Origin: an uncultured Dehalococcoidia bacterium
Lineage (GTDB): Bacteria > Chloroflexota > Dehalococcoidia > Lucifugimonadales > UBA1123
Direction of reading: 5' to 3'
NCBI GenBank assembly: GCA_958296105.1
Contig: OY282441.1
Location: 2,984,773 to 3,048,772, forward strand
DNA length: 64,000 bases
Shown piece by piece: positions 28,189 to 37,824 of this stretch. Each line of letters opens with the position of its first letter. The first letter of the stretch is position 1. Made by a program: the position numbers and the translations under genes. The notes beneath the pieces are model-generated. The model did not search any database. It worked only from the letters and a program-made list of their open reading frames with translations, and had not been told where the DNA came from.

Positions 28189-31100
28189 TCAGCCGCTGCT
28201 CTTTACCAAGCCTATCGTGGCGCTGAGCCCGTCGAAGCGCTGCTCGGCGGTGTGCGCGCCGGACGGGGCATCGCCCTCGACCAGATCCACGCTCAGCGTC
28301 TCCTGCTTGACGTAGCCGCCGTGAGCGGAGACCAGATCGCCCAGATCGCCGCCAGCGTAGTAGGTGGTGATGTAGTCGGCGATGTCGAAGCCCGCGTCTC
28401 GGCGCATGTTCTGGATGCGGTGAACCAGCTCCCGCGCCTGCCCTTCCAGCAGCAGCTCCGGCGTGATCGTCGTGCTGACCGCTACCGCGTAGCCGGCGTC
28501 CACCGCTGTGGACAGCCCCTCGCGCTCCTCCGTCGTAACCAGCGCCTCGTCCGGCTCGAGGCTGTACCCCCCCGCTTCTATGGCGCGCCCCGCGCGCATG
28601 GCGTCGGCAGTTGCTGCGGCGTCCGCCTGCGCCAGCGCCTGCCGCACCGCGCCCACCTCTGCGCCGTACTTGGGTCCCAGCAGCCGCAGGTTGGGCATGA
28701 CCGCGTACCTCATCAGCGCGCTCTCGTCCTCCACCACTTCGAGCGCGCCCACGTTCAGCTCGTCCAGTATCTGCGGAGCGGCGGCGGAGAGCAGATCGCG
28801 CTCGCTCGCTGCCCTCGTCTTGACCAAGACGCGCTCCAGCGGCTGCCTGACCTTGATCCCCGCCTTGCTGCGCGCCGCGCGCCCCATGGACGAGACGCGC
28901 TGAGCCAGCCGGGTCACCTCGTTCAGCCTCTCGTCCACCAGAGACATGTCCGCCACCGGGTAGTCTTCTAGGTGGACACTCTCGCGCGCGCCGCCATTGG
29001 GCGCGGCGAGATTGCGGTAGATGACGTCCGTGACGAACGGGATGATGGGCGCGAGCAGCTTGGACAGACTCAGCAAGACCTCGTACAGCGTGGCATACGC
29101 CGCGAGCTTGTCCGCCACGTCCTCCGGCGCTGAAGCCTGCCCGTTCGCCCCGTCCCCGCCGATCAGCCCGCTCTTCCAGAAGCGGCGGCGGCTTCTTCGG
29201 ACATACCAGTTGGACAGCGACTCCACGAACTCCTCCGCGCGCCGCGCCGCCGACTCCGGCTCGAACCTGCTCAGGCTGGCGGTAACGTCCGCTATGAGCT
29301 GGTGCAGCTCCGACAGTATCCACCTGTCCAGATCCGGCCGCTCGGACGCCGCCGGAGCCTTCACGGACGGGTCGAACCTGTCTATGTTGGCGTATGTGAC
29401 GAAGAAGCTGTACACGTTCCACAGCGGTATGATGAAGCGTCTGCGAACCTCGTCAGCGGTCGCGTACCCGAAGTTGATGTTGTTCTCCGGCGTGTGGCGC
29501 GCGAACGTCCAGCGCATCGCGTCAACGCCCATGTTCTCCGCCGCGTCCTCGAACCAGATCGCGTTGCCCGCCGACTTGTGCATCTCCTCCCCATGCTCGT
29601 CGCGCATCAGCGCGTAGCTGAACACCAGCCTGAAGGCGGGAGCCTCCTGAAGCACCGCCCCCATCGTCAGCAGGCTGTAGAACCAGTTTCTGAACTGCCC
29701 CGGGAAGCTCTCGGAGATCCAGTCCGCCGGGAACCACTCCTTCCAGTAGTCCCGGTCGTGTCTGTACTTCAGCGTGGAGAAAGAGACGATGCCCGCGTCC
29801 AGCCACGGGTTGCCCACGTCCTGAATTCTCGGCGCCACTGCGCCGCAGTCCCTGCACTCGATCTTCACCGCATCGACCCATGGGCGATGCGGCGAATGCC
29901 CCTCGAACTCGTTCCAGCCCTCCACCGCGCGCCCTTTCAGCTCGTCCTCCGACCCCATGATCTCGAAGCCGCCGCAGCCTTCGCACTTGAAGATCGGCAG
30001 AGCCAGGCCGTAGTAGCGCTTCTTCGAGATCATCCAGTCGTCCATGTTGCGCAGCCAGTCCAGCTCTCGCGCCCGCCCGAAGGATGGGACCCACTCGATC
30101 TGTTCCGTAATCTCCATCAGCAGATCGCGGATCGGATCCATGCGGATGAACCACTCGTCCACCAGCCTGAACACCAGCTCAGTGCCGCACCGCCAGCAGA
30201 CGGGGTACCTGTGCGGATACTGCTCCAGAGCGTAGAACATGCCCTTGCTCTTGAGACTTTCGTAGATCGGCTCGTTGACCTCGAACACGCTCATTCCGCT
30301 GAGCCAGTCGAAGCCCTCGGCGAACACCCCCTCCTCGTCCAGGGGCGCGATGACTGCCAGCCCATGCTCCTTGCCCAGCGCGAAGTCCTCCTTGCCCGCG
30401 CCCGGCGCGGTGTGGACGATCCCCGTTCCCTCAGACTCCGATACCTCGTCCCAGGCGATGACCACGTGCTGCGCCCCGTCCTGCGCCGGCAGCTCGTCGA
30501 ACGGGCCTCGATAGCGCAGACCAACCAGCTCGCTGCCCTTGACCTTCTCGATCACCTCGTAATCCCCGCGCAGCGTGGAGAGCCGCGCCTCCACCACCCA
30601 CAGCGTGTCATCCCCGTTCCGAGCCTTGGCGTAGGTGAGATCGGGATGCACGCAGGCAGCCACGTTGGAAGACAGCGTCCACGGCGTGGTCGTCCACACC
30701 AGCAGCGCCTCCCCCTCGCGGTCGAGCAGCGGAAACTTCACGAACAGGCCCGGATGGACTATCTCCACGTAGCCCTCCGTAACGATCTCGTGTTCCGAAA
30801 GCCCCGTGCTGCATCGCGGACACCAGGGCATTACGTCAGTGCCTTCGTAGATCAGCCCCTTCTCGTGGCAGGTCTTGAGGAAGTGCCAGATCGTATAGTT
30901 GTTCTCGTCCGATTTGGTATGGTAGGAGTCTTCCCAGTCCATCCAGTAGCCCAGCCGCTTCGACTGCTCGGTGATGATGTCGCTGAAGTGGTCGACGCGC
31001 GCCTTGCACATGTCGACGAACTCGCCCACGCCGAACTTCTCGATGTCGCGCTTGGATCCGAAGCCCAGCTCCTTCTCGACCTCCACTTCGATCCACAGCC

Positions 31101-31368
31101 CCTGACCGTCGTAGCCGTTTTGGAAGCGCTGCCTGTAGCCGAGCATGTTGCGGAAGCGCAGGAACAGGTCTTTGTAGCTCCGCCCCCAGGCGTGATGAAC
31201 GCCCATCGGGTTGTTGGCGGTGATCGGCCCGTCTATGAACGAGTAGCGCTTGTCCGAATCTTCGTTGCGCCGCATGTACTTCGAGGGGATGTCGTGAGCG
31301 TTCCACCACTCGATGGCGTCCTGCTCCATCTTCACGAAATCGACCCTCGATCCGACCGGTTCGAACAT
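28189..31368 (-). CDS. ileS: Isoleucine--tRNA ligase (long, type-2-like)
   Basis: 1059 aa. PITANNPMGVHHAWG (HIGH-type), KMHKS-type EMHKSAGN, editing domain. AAGGAG SD lies before ATG 31368. Confidence 0.95.
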   Translation of the reverse strand: MFEPVGSRVDFVKMEQDAIEWWNAHDIPSKYMRRNEDSDKRYSFIDGPITANNPMGVHHAWGRSYKDLFLRFRNMLGYRQRFQNGYDGQGLWIEVEVEKELGFGSKRDIEKFGVGEFVDMCKARVDHFSDIITEQSKRLGYWMDWEDSYHTKSDENNYTIWHFLKTCHEKGLIYEGTDVMPWCPRCSTGLSEHEIVTEGYVEIVHPGLFVKFPLLDREGEALLVWTTTPWTLSSNVAACVHPDLTYAKARNGDDTLWVVEARLSTLRGDYEVIEKVKGSELVGLRYRGPFDELPAQDGAQHVVIAWDEVSESEGTGIVHTAPGAGKEDFALGKEHGLAVIAPLDEEGVFAEGFDWLSGMSVFEVNEPIYESLKSKGMFYALEQYPHRYPVCWRCGTELVFRLVDEWFIRMDPIRDLLMEITEQIEWVPSFGRARELDWLRNMDDWMISKKRYYGLALPIFKCEGCGGFEIMGSEDELKGRAVEGWNEFEGHSPHRPWVDAVKIECRDCGAVAPRIQDVGNPWLDAGIVSFSTLKYRHDRDYWKEWFPADWISESFPGQFRNWFYSLLTMGAVLQEAPAFRLVFSYALMRDEHGEEMHKSAGNAIWFEDAAENMGVDAMRWTFARHTPENNINFGYATADEVRRRFIIPLWNVYSFFVTYANIDRFDPSVKAPAASERPDLDRWILSELHQLIADVTASLSRFEPESAARRAEEFVESLSNWYVRRSRRRFWKSGLIGGDGANGQASAPEDVADKLAAYATLYEVLLSLSKLLAPIIPFVTDVIYRNLAAPNGGARESVHLEDYPVADMSLVDERLNEVTRLAQRVSSMGRAARSKAGIKVRQPLERVLVKTRAASERDLLSAAAPQILDELNVGALEVVEDESALMRYAVMPNLRLLGPKYGAEVGAVRQALAQADAAATADAMRAGRAIEAGGYSLEPDEALVTTEEREGLSTAVDAGYAVAVSTTITPELLLEGQARELVHRIQNMRRDAGFDIADYITTYYAGGDLGDLVSAHGGYVKQETLSVDLVEGDAPSGAHTAEQRFDGLSATIGLVKSSG

Positions 31369-31387
31369 CTTGGTTAACTCCTTGCGT

Positions 31388-32233
31388 CTAATCCTGCGTT
31401 TCCTGCGTTGCCGCTTCTCGTATCTTCCTGCGCCCTGCCACCCACATACGGCTGGAATCCGCATCGAGAGGAACCAGCCTGAGAACCTCTCGCTTCGTCT
31501 CGGCTCCCATGCCGCGCAGGTAAGCCCAGCCCGTCTCTTCCAGCAGAGCGCGCATCTCGTGAAGGCTGTACACGCGCAGGCTTATGTCCACGCTCACCCT
31601 CGGATCCGCCAATATGGGCATGACGTCCCATATCTCCCACGTGTTGTTGATCACCGATGACTCCAAGTCCACGCTGTGACGCTGCCTGATCGAGTGCATA
31701 CCCGCCGATTCCCAGCGCTCGCGCTGATAGTGCCTGATAACGAAGTCTCGGTTGACGGTCATAACCACGAGAACGCCCCCCGGCCTCGCCAGCGCGCTCA
31801 GCCCCCCGAACATCTTCACGTCGCCCTCGCGTCCGTAGTAGGCGTGAGACGTGAACATGTTGATGATGGCGTCGTATGGCTCTTCGCCCTTCAGAACGTC
31901 CTCCACGTCCAGAGCGTCGCCGACTAGGAATTCGGCGTGAACCCCCTGCTCGGCGGCGTACTGCCGCGCCTTCTCGATGAACAGAGGAGAGAAATCGACC
32001 CCCGTCACGTCGTACCCCCGCTTGGCGAGCGGCACCGCGTGCCTGCCGATTCCGCAGGCGAGGTCCAGCACGCGCCCGCGCTCCGGAACGCCGAGATCAG
32101 AGAACAGCCCGAGCAGCGCCTCGATCTCCGCCGGAGCCAGGCGTCTCTTCGCCTTCTCCAAGAACGGCAGATACAGCTCCGCGTTCTCCACGAACAGAGT
32201 ATATGCCCAGTGACTTCGCTCGGTCTCCGCCAT
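31388..32233 (-). CDS. Class I SAM-dependent methyltransferase
   Basis: 281 aa. Motif I VLDLACGIGRH. First gene after the T-box leader, 19 nt upstream of ileS. Confidence 0.8.
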   Translation of the reverse strand: MAETERSHWAYTLFVENAELYLPFLEKAKRRLAPAEIEALLGLFSDLGVPERGRVLDLACGIGRHAVPLAKRGYDVTGVDFSPLFIEKARQYAAEQGVHAEFLVGDALDVEDVLKGEEPYDAIINMFTSHAYYGREGDVKMFGGLSALARPGGVLVVMTVNRDFVIRHYQRERWESAGMHSIRQRHSVDLESSVINNTWEIWDVMPILADPRVSVDISLRVYSLHEMRALLEETGWAYLRGMGAETKREVLRLVPLDADSSRMWVAGRRKIREAATQETQD

Positions 32234-32246
32234 CGTCTCACCCCAT

Positions 32247-32289
32247 AAAGCAAAACTCCCGTCCCCAATTCTCGAATCAGGGACGGGAG
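32247..32289 (-). terminator. Intrinsic terminator of the T-box leader
   Basis: Minus strand reads CUCCCGUCCC-N13-GGGGACGGGAG followed by UUUUGCUUU. It lies directly 3' of the T-box sequence and 14 nt before the methyltransferase ATG. Confidence 0.75.
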
Positions 32290-32577
32290 CAAGATATTGC
32301 GAATACCAGCGCCCGCGGTACCACCCGCGTTCCCGACCGCCGCGGCGGATCGGACTCTCGGCCCCGGCGGCTCGGCGTGGCGAGCGACCGGGTCGCTCCT
32401 GTAACGGAGAGCGACTCCGCCGGAGCCTACTCGCCCGCGCTAGCGGCTTTTCGGTCCGAGGCTCGGGAGGGATTTTCGGACGGTTTCCGGCGCCTGCTCT
32501 CACCATGTCAGGCTCGCTGATCCGGAATCTGCCTTCCTACTCGTCTCCGTCTTGGCCTTGATCTCATTCTACTGTCT
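32247..32577 (-). promoter_or_regulatory. T-box riboswitch leader (probably Ile-specific)
   Basis: Minus strand has the conserved T-box AACGCGGGUGGUACCGCGGGCGC (32311-32333). It also has stem-I elements (AGUA, GGUGAGAGC) and a specifier-loop candidate GAAAAUCC with AUC at 32471-32473. A terminator follows. A possible promoter, TTGACG-18-TAAGCT, lies at 32613-32584. Confidence 0.75.
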
Positions 32578-32769
32578 GTCGCCAGCTTAGCAACCGGCGC
32601 AGTCGGACGTCAAGATAGTATTCTCGACTCGTGCTGGTATTACATACTTTCATTAGACTCACGAGCCGAGAATACCCGTCAAGATCGCTCGCCCTGCGCG
32701 ACGGCCTCCGATAGGGTAAACTGGACACCCGCCAATGTGATGCGCCAATGTGATGTTAGGTGTTACAGG

Positions 32770-33348
32770 ATGCCCGACGTGTTCGATCTTGCCATTTCAG
32801 ACCTATTGACCGCCGCGATATCCATAGCGAGCTTTGCGCTCGGCGCGTGGCTGGGCAGCTGGTTTCCGGACGTCGACCAGAAGATCCGCTTCCTTCGCCA
32901 CAGGTCGATCGTCACGCATGGCTTCCTGCTGCCCGTTCTGCTTCTTGTCGGAGTGGGCGCGACGCGGCTGGAGCGAGTCGACTGGTTCATAGCCGGCTTC
33001 GCGGCGGGGGTATCCGTGCATCTGGCGTTCGATCTGTTTCCCGAAGGCTGGCGCGGCTACGCGCTCATATCCGCGCCCATCTTCGGCACACTCTCCAAGA
33101 CCGCCTCCATGATATGGCTGGCGGTCAGCGTGTTCCTGTGCCTGTCCATCTCCGTAGTATTGGCGCGCGGACAGGTGGGACTCGTCACCTACGGCGCGGC
33201 GCTCCTCTTGCTGTACGTGTACGGGGTAGTGTCGCAGAGAGAGCGGATCGCAGGCCCTCTGCTGACGCTGATCGCCTTCGGATGGGGAGCCGCCTCGTGG
33301 ACACTCGTCACCGATGGACGATACATCCGAGACCTGCTCCCACTGTGA
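32770..33348 (+). CDS. Hypothetical polytopic membrane protein (possibly membrane-bound metal-dependent hydrolase, YdjM/DUF457-like)
   Basis: ~192 aa, 5-6 TM segments. PDVDQKIRFLRHRSIVTHG resembles the DUF457 His-rich motif. Start at ATG 32770. Confidence 0.45.
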   Translation: MPDVFDLAISDLLTAAISIASFALGAWLGSWFPDVDQKIRFLRHRSIVTHGFLLPVLLLVGVGATRLERVDWFIAGFAAGVSVHLAFDLFPEGWRGYALISAPIFGTLSKTASMIWLAVSVFLCLSISVVLARGQVGLVTYGAALLLLYVYGVVSQRERIAGPLLTLIAFGWGAASWTLVTDGRYIRDLLPL

Positions 33349-33659
33349 CGAATCGAGACTGTCCGCGCGAGCGCGCCGAGCGTGTCCGCCGCAGCGACCG
33401 GCTGATGCGGCCGATTGAGAACGGCATCGCCACCGCGCCCGCTTTGGCGGCATTGGTCTACTCGCCTGTAGGGGCTTTTTGCGTCCAGCGCGGAGCAAAT
33501 CGCCACCGCGCCGGCTTTGGCGGCAGTGGTCTGCGGTATCGCTCGACGAGGGGCGCGCGAAATGCAGCGCGCCATCCCGAACCCTGAGCGCAGCCGAAAT
33601 ATCTCGGCGGCTCTCAGCGCTGGCTCGCCGCGCCCCTCGCCTGGATCCCTAGAAGCCCC

Positions 33660-34100
33660 CTAAGCCAGCGATGCGCTTACGCTCAGCTCCACGTTGCCCA
33701 CCATGGCGCGGGAGATCGGGCAGCCGTCCTTGGCCGCTTCCGCCGCCGCCGCGAAGTCCTCTTCGCTGATGCCCTCCACGCTGCCCCGCACCGTGAGCGC
33801 GCTCGAAACCACTGTCGGCGCTCCGTTCACCATGTCGAACGTGACGCTCGCGCTCACGTCGAGCGATCCGGGCGGGGTCCCCGCCCGCGTCAGTCCTGCC
33901 GACAGCGCCATGCTGTAGCAGGACGCATGAGACGCCGCGAGCAGCTCCTCCGGGCTGGTGTTGCCCGCCGCCTCTCCGCTGCGAGTGGGCAGAGTCACGT
34001 CCAGATCCGTAAACTTGCCGGAAGTGGCAGCCGTCACCTGACCGCCGCCGCTGTTGAGATCGCCCGTCCAGACCGACCTCGCCGTTCTCACTGCTGCCAT
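33660..34100 (-). CDS. OsmC family peroxiredoxin
   Basis: Both conserved Cys contexts are present (ASHASCYSMAL and KDGCPISRA). GAGGAGG SD lies 7 nt before ATG 34100. Confidence 0.8.
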   Translation of the reverse strand: MAAVRTARSVWTGDLNSGGGQVTAATSGKFTDLDVTLPTRSGEAAGNTSPEELLAASHASCYSMALSAGLTRAGTPPGSLDVSASVTFDMVNGAPTVVSSALTVRGSVEGISEEDFAAAAEAAKDGCPISRAMVGNVELSVSASLA

Positions 34101-34248
34101 CGAGTTTTCCTCCTCTGTGTTCATGTGTATTCCGAAACCACCGCGATTGTACCATCCGCCACCCTCGAGCGCTAACCACTAGCCACACGCCCACATTCGC
34201 TATACAATCGCCGCCACAGACAATCACCAGAACACGGGAGGCGACCCA

Positions 34249-35115
34249 GTGGCAGTAGTAGGATCAGGCGATTTTCAGTACGAGCGAGTCCCGGAGTGGC
34301 CGAACATGCCCAAATACTGGGCGTTCGGAGCGGCATCTGACGGAGCGGTCAATTCGAGCGACGAGGTCTATATCTTCAGCAGAGGGCTTCATCCGGTGAC
34401 CATCTGGGACACCGACGGCAATTTCATAAGCTCGTGGGGCGAGGGGACTTTCTCCGCCAACCCGCACGGCATCTACATCGCGCCGAACGATAACGTGTGG
34501 CTCGTGGACCGCGACTTCCACATCGCCACCGAGTACACCCCCGGCGGCGAGGCGCTGCGAACGCTCGGCGAGAAGCTCGCGCCGTCCCCATCGTTCCAGG
34601 GTATGCCGTTCAACATGCCATCCGGCCTTGCCATCGCGCCGGACGGCCACATGTTCGTCTCGGACGGCTACGGCGGCCACCGCGTCCACAAGTTCACCGC
34701 CGAGGGCGAGCTGGTGAAGTCTTGGGGCAGTCAGGGGACAGGCCCAGGCGAGTTCGCGCTGCTTCACAACATCTGGGTCGACCGCAACAGCCGAGTCTAT
34801 ATCGCCGACCGCGAGAACGACCGTATGCAGCTGTTCACGGACGAGGGCGAGTTCATCGAAGAGTGGACCGACATGACCGCGCCCGGCGACCTCTGGATTC
34901 AGGACGACGTAATCTACGTCATCGAGCAGGGCGGGGGCAACGGCGTCAGCATCTGGACGATGGACGGCGAGCTGATCACGCGCTGGCGCGGCAATGAGGG
35001 CGCCGGATTGGGAACCCTCATCGGCGGACACGGCATCTGCGTCGACTCGCGCGGCAGCATATACGTTACCGAGATAGGGCAGGGGGAGCGGGTTTCCAAG
35101 TTCGTGAGAGTGTAA
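34249..35115 (+). CDS. NHL-repeat six-bladed beta-propeller protein (peptidyl-alpha-hydroxyglycine alpha-amidating lyase-like)
   Basis: 288 aa. Repeated blades (PHGIYIAPNDNVWLVDR, PSGLAIAPDGHMFVSDGYGGHRVHKF, VYIADRENDRMQLF, GHGICVDSRGSIYVTE). GTG start after a GGGAGG SD. Confidence 0.8.
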   Translation: MAVVGSGDFQYERVPEWPNMPKYWAFGAASDGAVNSSDEVYIFSRGLHPVTIWDTDGNFISSWGEGTFSANPHGIYIAPNDNVWLVDRDFHIATEYTPGGEALRTLGEKLAPSPSFQGMPFNMPSGLAIAPDGHMFVSDGYGGHRVHKFTAEGELVKSWGSQGTGPGEFALLHNIWVDRNSRVYIADRENDRMQLFTDEGEFIEEWTDMTAPGDLWIQDDVIYVIEQGGGNGVSIWTMDGELITRWRGNEGAGLGTLIGGHGICVDSRGSIYVTEIGQGERVSKFVRV

Positions 35116-35311
35116 GTCCTCTCTCCCCTCAGCGATGCGATCTTCAGGAAAGCGGCTGATTCCCCCGCTTGCGTCACTGGCTGACCGAGTTACCGAGATA
35201 GGACAGGGGGAGCGGGTCTCCAAGTTCGTGAGAGTGTAAGTCCTCCCTCCCCTCGGCGATGCGATCTTCAGGAAAGCGGCTGATTCCCCCGCTTGCGCCA
35301 CTGGTTGACCG
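35066..35311. repeat. 123-bp tandem duplication (2 units) spanning the convergent 3' ends of the NHL gene and aroE
   Basis: Unit 1 is 35066-35188 and unit 2 is 35189-35311, with only a few mismatches. Each gene keeps one intact 3' end, and the other unit holds a silent pseudo-end. Confidence 0.85.
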
Positions 35312-36173
35312 CCTCGAACATAACGTCTATGGGAGCCTCGATTCCCGTCCACATCGTCCACGCAGCCGCGCCTTGGTGGACGAGCATGGGCAATCCGCCC
35401 ACCGTCTGCGCCCCTGACGCAGCCGCCAGCGCGAGCAGCGGCGTCAGGGGCGGGTTGTAAACCATGTCATAGACCACGCAGCCCCGCCCGATGCTCCCTT
35501 TGGGAACGGGCGATTTCCCCTCGGCGGGGCCGTGCAGCATACCGACCGACGAGGAGTTGACGAGCAGATCGGCGCAGGCGCAGGCGCGCCCGAAGTCTGG
35601 ATCGGACAGCCCGACTCCGCGCGCATCGACTCCGCGCCCCGCGATCTCAGCCGCCAGCGACACAGCGCGCTCCGGCGTGCGGTTGGCGATGGTGAGCGCG
35701 CCCACGCCCTCTTGCGCCAGCCCGTGCGCCGCCGCCCGCGCCGCCCCGCCCGCGCCTATCAGCACGGCGTTCATGCCCGCCGGCTCCACGCCCGCCTCGG
35801 ACTGGAGCGAGCTTAGGAATCCGTGCGCGTCCGTGTTCGCCCCGCGCAGCCGTCCGCCCACGTTTACTATGGTGTTGACCGCCCCGATCCTGTTTGCGAG
35901 ATCGTCAATCTCGTCCAGCCACGCCATCGCCGCCCGCTTGTGCGGCACCGTCACGTTCGCGCCCAGATACTCTTCGCCCCGTAGCCTAGAGATCCCGTCC
36001 GCCAGCGCGCTCGGATGCGTCTCCCATGCCGTGTAGCTCGCGTCTATGCGCGCATGGTCGAACGCCGCTTGGTGCATCGCCGGCGATATCGAATGGCTGA
36101 TCGGATACCCGAATATGCCCGCTTTCAGTTTCACAGCCCCCCCTCGCCGCGCCTGTTTGATCGTCCTCGTCAT
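35268..36173 (-). CDS. aroE: Shikimate dehydrogenase
   Basis: GYPISHSISPAMHQAAF, NVTVPHK, NTD, GAGGAARA motifs. Start ATG 36173 (GTG 36134 also possible). The upstream 89 codons of the ORF were rejected. Confidence 0.85.
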   Translation of the reverse strand: MTRTIKQARRGGAVKLKAGIFGYPISHSISPAMHQAAFDHARIDASYTAWETHPSALADGISRLRGEEYLGANVTVPHKRAAMAWLDEIDDLANRIGAVNTIVNVGGRLRGANTDAHGFLSSLQSEAGVEPAGMNAVLIGAGGAARAAAHGLAQEGVGALTIANRTPERAVSLAAEIAGRGVDARGVGLSDPDFGRACACADLLVNSSSVGMLHGPAEGKSPVPKGSIGRGCVVYDMVYNPPLTPLLALAAASGAQTVGGLPMLVHQGAAAWTMWTGIEAPIDVMFEAVNQWRKRGNQPLS

Positions 36174-36200
36174 GCTAACATATGGTAAGGAGGCGCAGTG

Positions 36201-36422
36201 ATGAAATCCGACCCCGCCATCTCTCTGGAACAAGATCTGATGTACGCCATCGTGAAGCAGCGCTACGGCAGTCTGCTGAGCGACGAGCAGCTGGAGGAGG
36301 TGCGCGCCTCCGTCATCGGCTTGGATGGCTTCCTGCGCCCGCTGCGCTCGTTCCGCCTGACCAACGACGTGGAGCCGTTCTCTACGTTCAGCCCATTCAG
36401 GAGCGAAGACAGTGGCGAATGA
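36201..36422 (+). CDS. GatC/AtzG-like small subunit (partner of the downstream amidase)
   Basis: 73 aa with a perfect AAGGAGG SD 7 nt upstream. LSDEQLEEVRASV...L...NDVEP pattern as in GatC/AtzG. Overlaps the amidase start by 11 nt. Confidence 0.5.
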   Translation: MKSDPAISLEQDLMYAIVKQRYGSLLSDEQLEEVRASVIGLDGFLRPLRSFRLTNDVEPFSTFSPFRSEDSGE

Positions 36423-37824
36423 CCTGACATTCAAGACCATTCGGGAGCTTTCCGCTCTGATCGGCAGTGGAGGCGTCTCTCCGGCAGAGGTCGCCGAGCA
36501 TTTCTTGGCTAGGCTCGAAGAGCTTGGCCCCGCCTACAACTCGGTAGTGACCGTCACACGCGAGCGCGCGATGGAGACCGCGCGGCGGGTCGAGGCGCAG
36601 ATCGTCAGAGGCGAGCTGAGCGGCCCCCTTCAGGGCGTGCCGTGGGGCGCGAAAGACCTGCTGGCGACATCCGGGGGGATACCCACCACGTGGGGAGCCG
36701 AACCCTTCCGAGATCAGCGCTTCGACTACGACGCCGCCATCGTGGAGCGTCTGGAGGCGGCGGGCGCGCCGCTGGCGGCTAAGCTGGCGATGATCGAGCT
36801 TGCCGGCGGCATGGGCTACAACCAGCCCAACGCCTCGCTCACAGGCCCCCCGCGCAACCCTTGGAACCCTAGCCGCTGGACAGGCGGCTCCTCCAGCGGC
36901 TCCGGCGCGGCGGTGGCAGCCGGACTCGTGCCGTTCGCCATCGGCTCCGAAACGTTCGGCTCCATCCTGTCCCCTGCCAGCAGCTGCGGGCTGTCCGGCT
37001 TGCGCCCCACCTACGGCAGGGTGTCGCGTCGCGGCGCGATGGCGCTGTGCTGGACGCTGGACAAGCTCGGCCCCCTGTGCCTGACCGCAGACGATTGCGG
37101 CATCGTGCTGGAAGCGATCTCGGGCCCCGACCCCAAAGACACCACCACGTGGCAGCGCGAGTTCACCTACCGAGACTCGTTCGATCTTGGAAGAAAATTC
37201 AGGATCGGCGTAATCCGAGACGTGAGCGAGGGGGCGCAGGACGCCGTAAAGAGCAGCTTCCACGCCGCCTTGTCCGCGCTGTCGGACGTGGCAGACGTAG
37301 AGGAAGTCCGCCTGCCGCACATGCCATACGTGGAAGTCACGCGCACTATTCTCATGGTCGAGTCTGCCAGCGCCTTCGAGGACTTCTTGGCAGACGGCGG
37401 GCCGCAGCAGCTGACCGCGCCCGAAGATCATCATGCCCCATACGCTAGGACTGCGATACTGGCGACCGACTACGTGAAGGCGCTGCGTCTGCGCGGCGTC
37501 ATCGCGCGCGAGGTGGACGCCGCCATGAGCGGATTCGATGCTTGGGCGGCGCCGACTTCCCTGACCACCGCGACCCCAATAGACCAGCAGTTCAGGCGAA
37601 CGACCTCCGGCCCCGGAGACGTGATGGGCGCCATTGGCAACGGCTGCGGCTTGCCCTCGATCTCCGTCCCCAGCGGCTTCGACCCGGACGGCTTGCCCAC
37701 CGGAGTACAGTTCATGTCCCGCGCTTACGGAGAGAATATCTGCCTCGCCATAGCCAGAGCCTACCAGTCGCGTACAGACTGGCACACCCGCCACCCCTCG
37801 AACGTCTCCCCGCCAGCTGCTTGA
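36412..37824 (+). CDS. Amidase (amidase-signature family, GatA/AtzE-like)
   Basis: 470 aa. AS signature GGSSSGSGAAVAAG, catalytic K/S/S context. GTG start after AGGAGC. Confidence 0.85.
   Translation: MANDLTFKTIRELSALIGSGGVSPAEVAEHFLARLEELGPAYNSVVTVTRERAMETARRVEAQIVRGELSGPLQGVPWGAKDLLATSGGIPTTWGAEPFRDQRFDYDAAIVERLEAAGAPLAAKLAMIELAGGMGYNQPNASLTGPPRNPWNPSRWTGGSSSGSGAAVAAGLVPFAIGSETFGSILSPASSCGLSGLRPTYGRVSRRGAMALCWTLDKLGPLCLTADDCGIVLEAISGPDPKDTTTWQREFTYRDSFDLGRKFRIGVIRDVSEGAQDAVKSSFHAALSALSDVADVEEVRLPHMPYVEVTRTILMVESASAFEDFLADGGPQQLTAPEDHHAPYARTAILATDYVKALRLRGVIAREVDAAMSGFDAWAAPTSLTTATPIDQQFRRTTSGPGDVMGAIGNGCGLPSISVPSGFDPDGLPTGVQFMSRAYGENICLAIARAYQSRTDWHTRHPSNVSPPAA

Noticed and set aside
25285-29422. 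Long minus-strand ORFs 25285..27771 (828 aa) and 27809..29422 (537 aa).
   Set aside because: They are shadow frames over the alpha/beta hydrolase, GNAT-kinase and ileS genes, with Gly/Arg-rich low-complexity translations.
29302-31377. 691-aa plus-strand ORF.
   Set aside because: It is antisense to ileS, whose identity is unambiguous.
32234-32506. N-terminal extension of the methyltransferase ORF (31388..32506).
   Set aside because: It covers the T-box leader and its terminator. The Arg/Pro-rich translation has no methyltransferase similarity, and the real start ATG 32233 follows the terminator.
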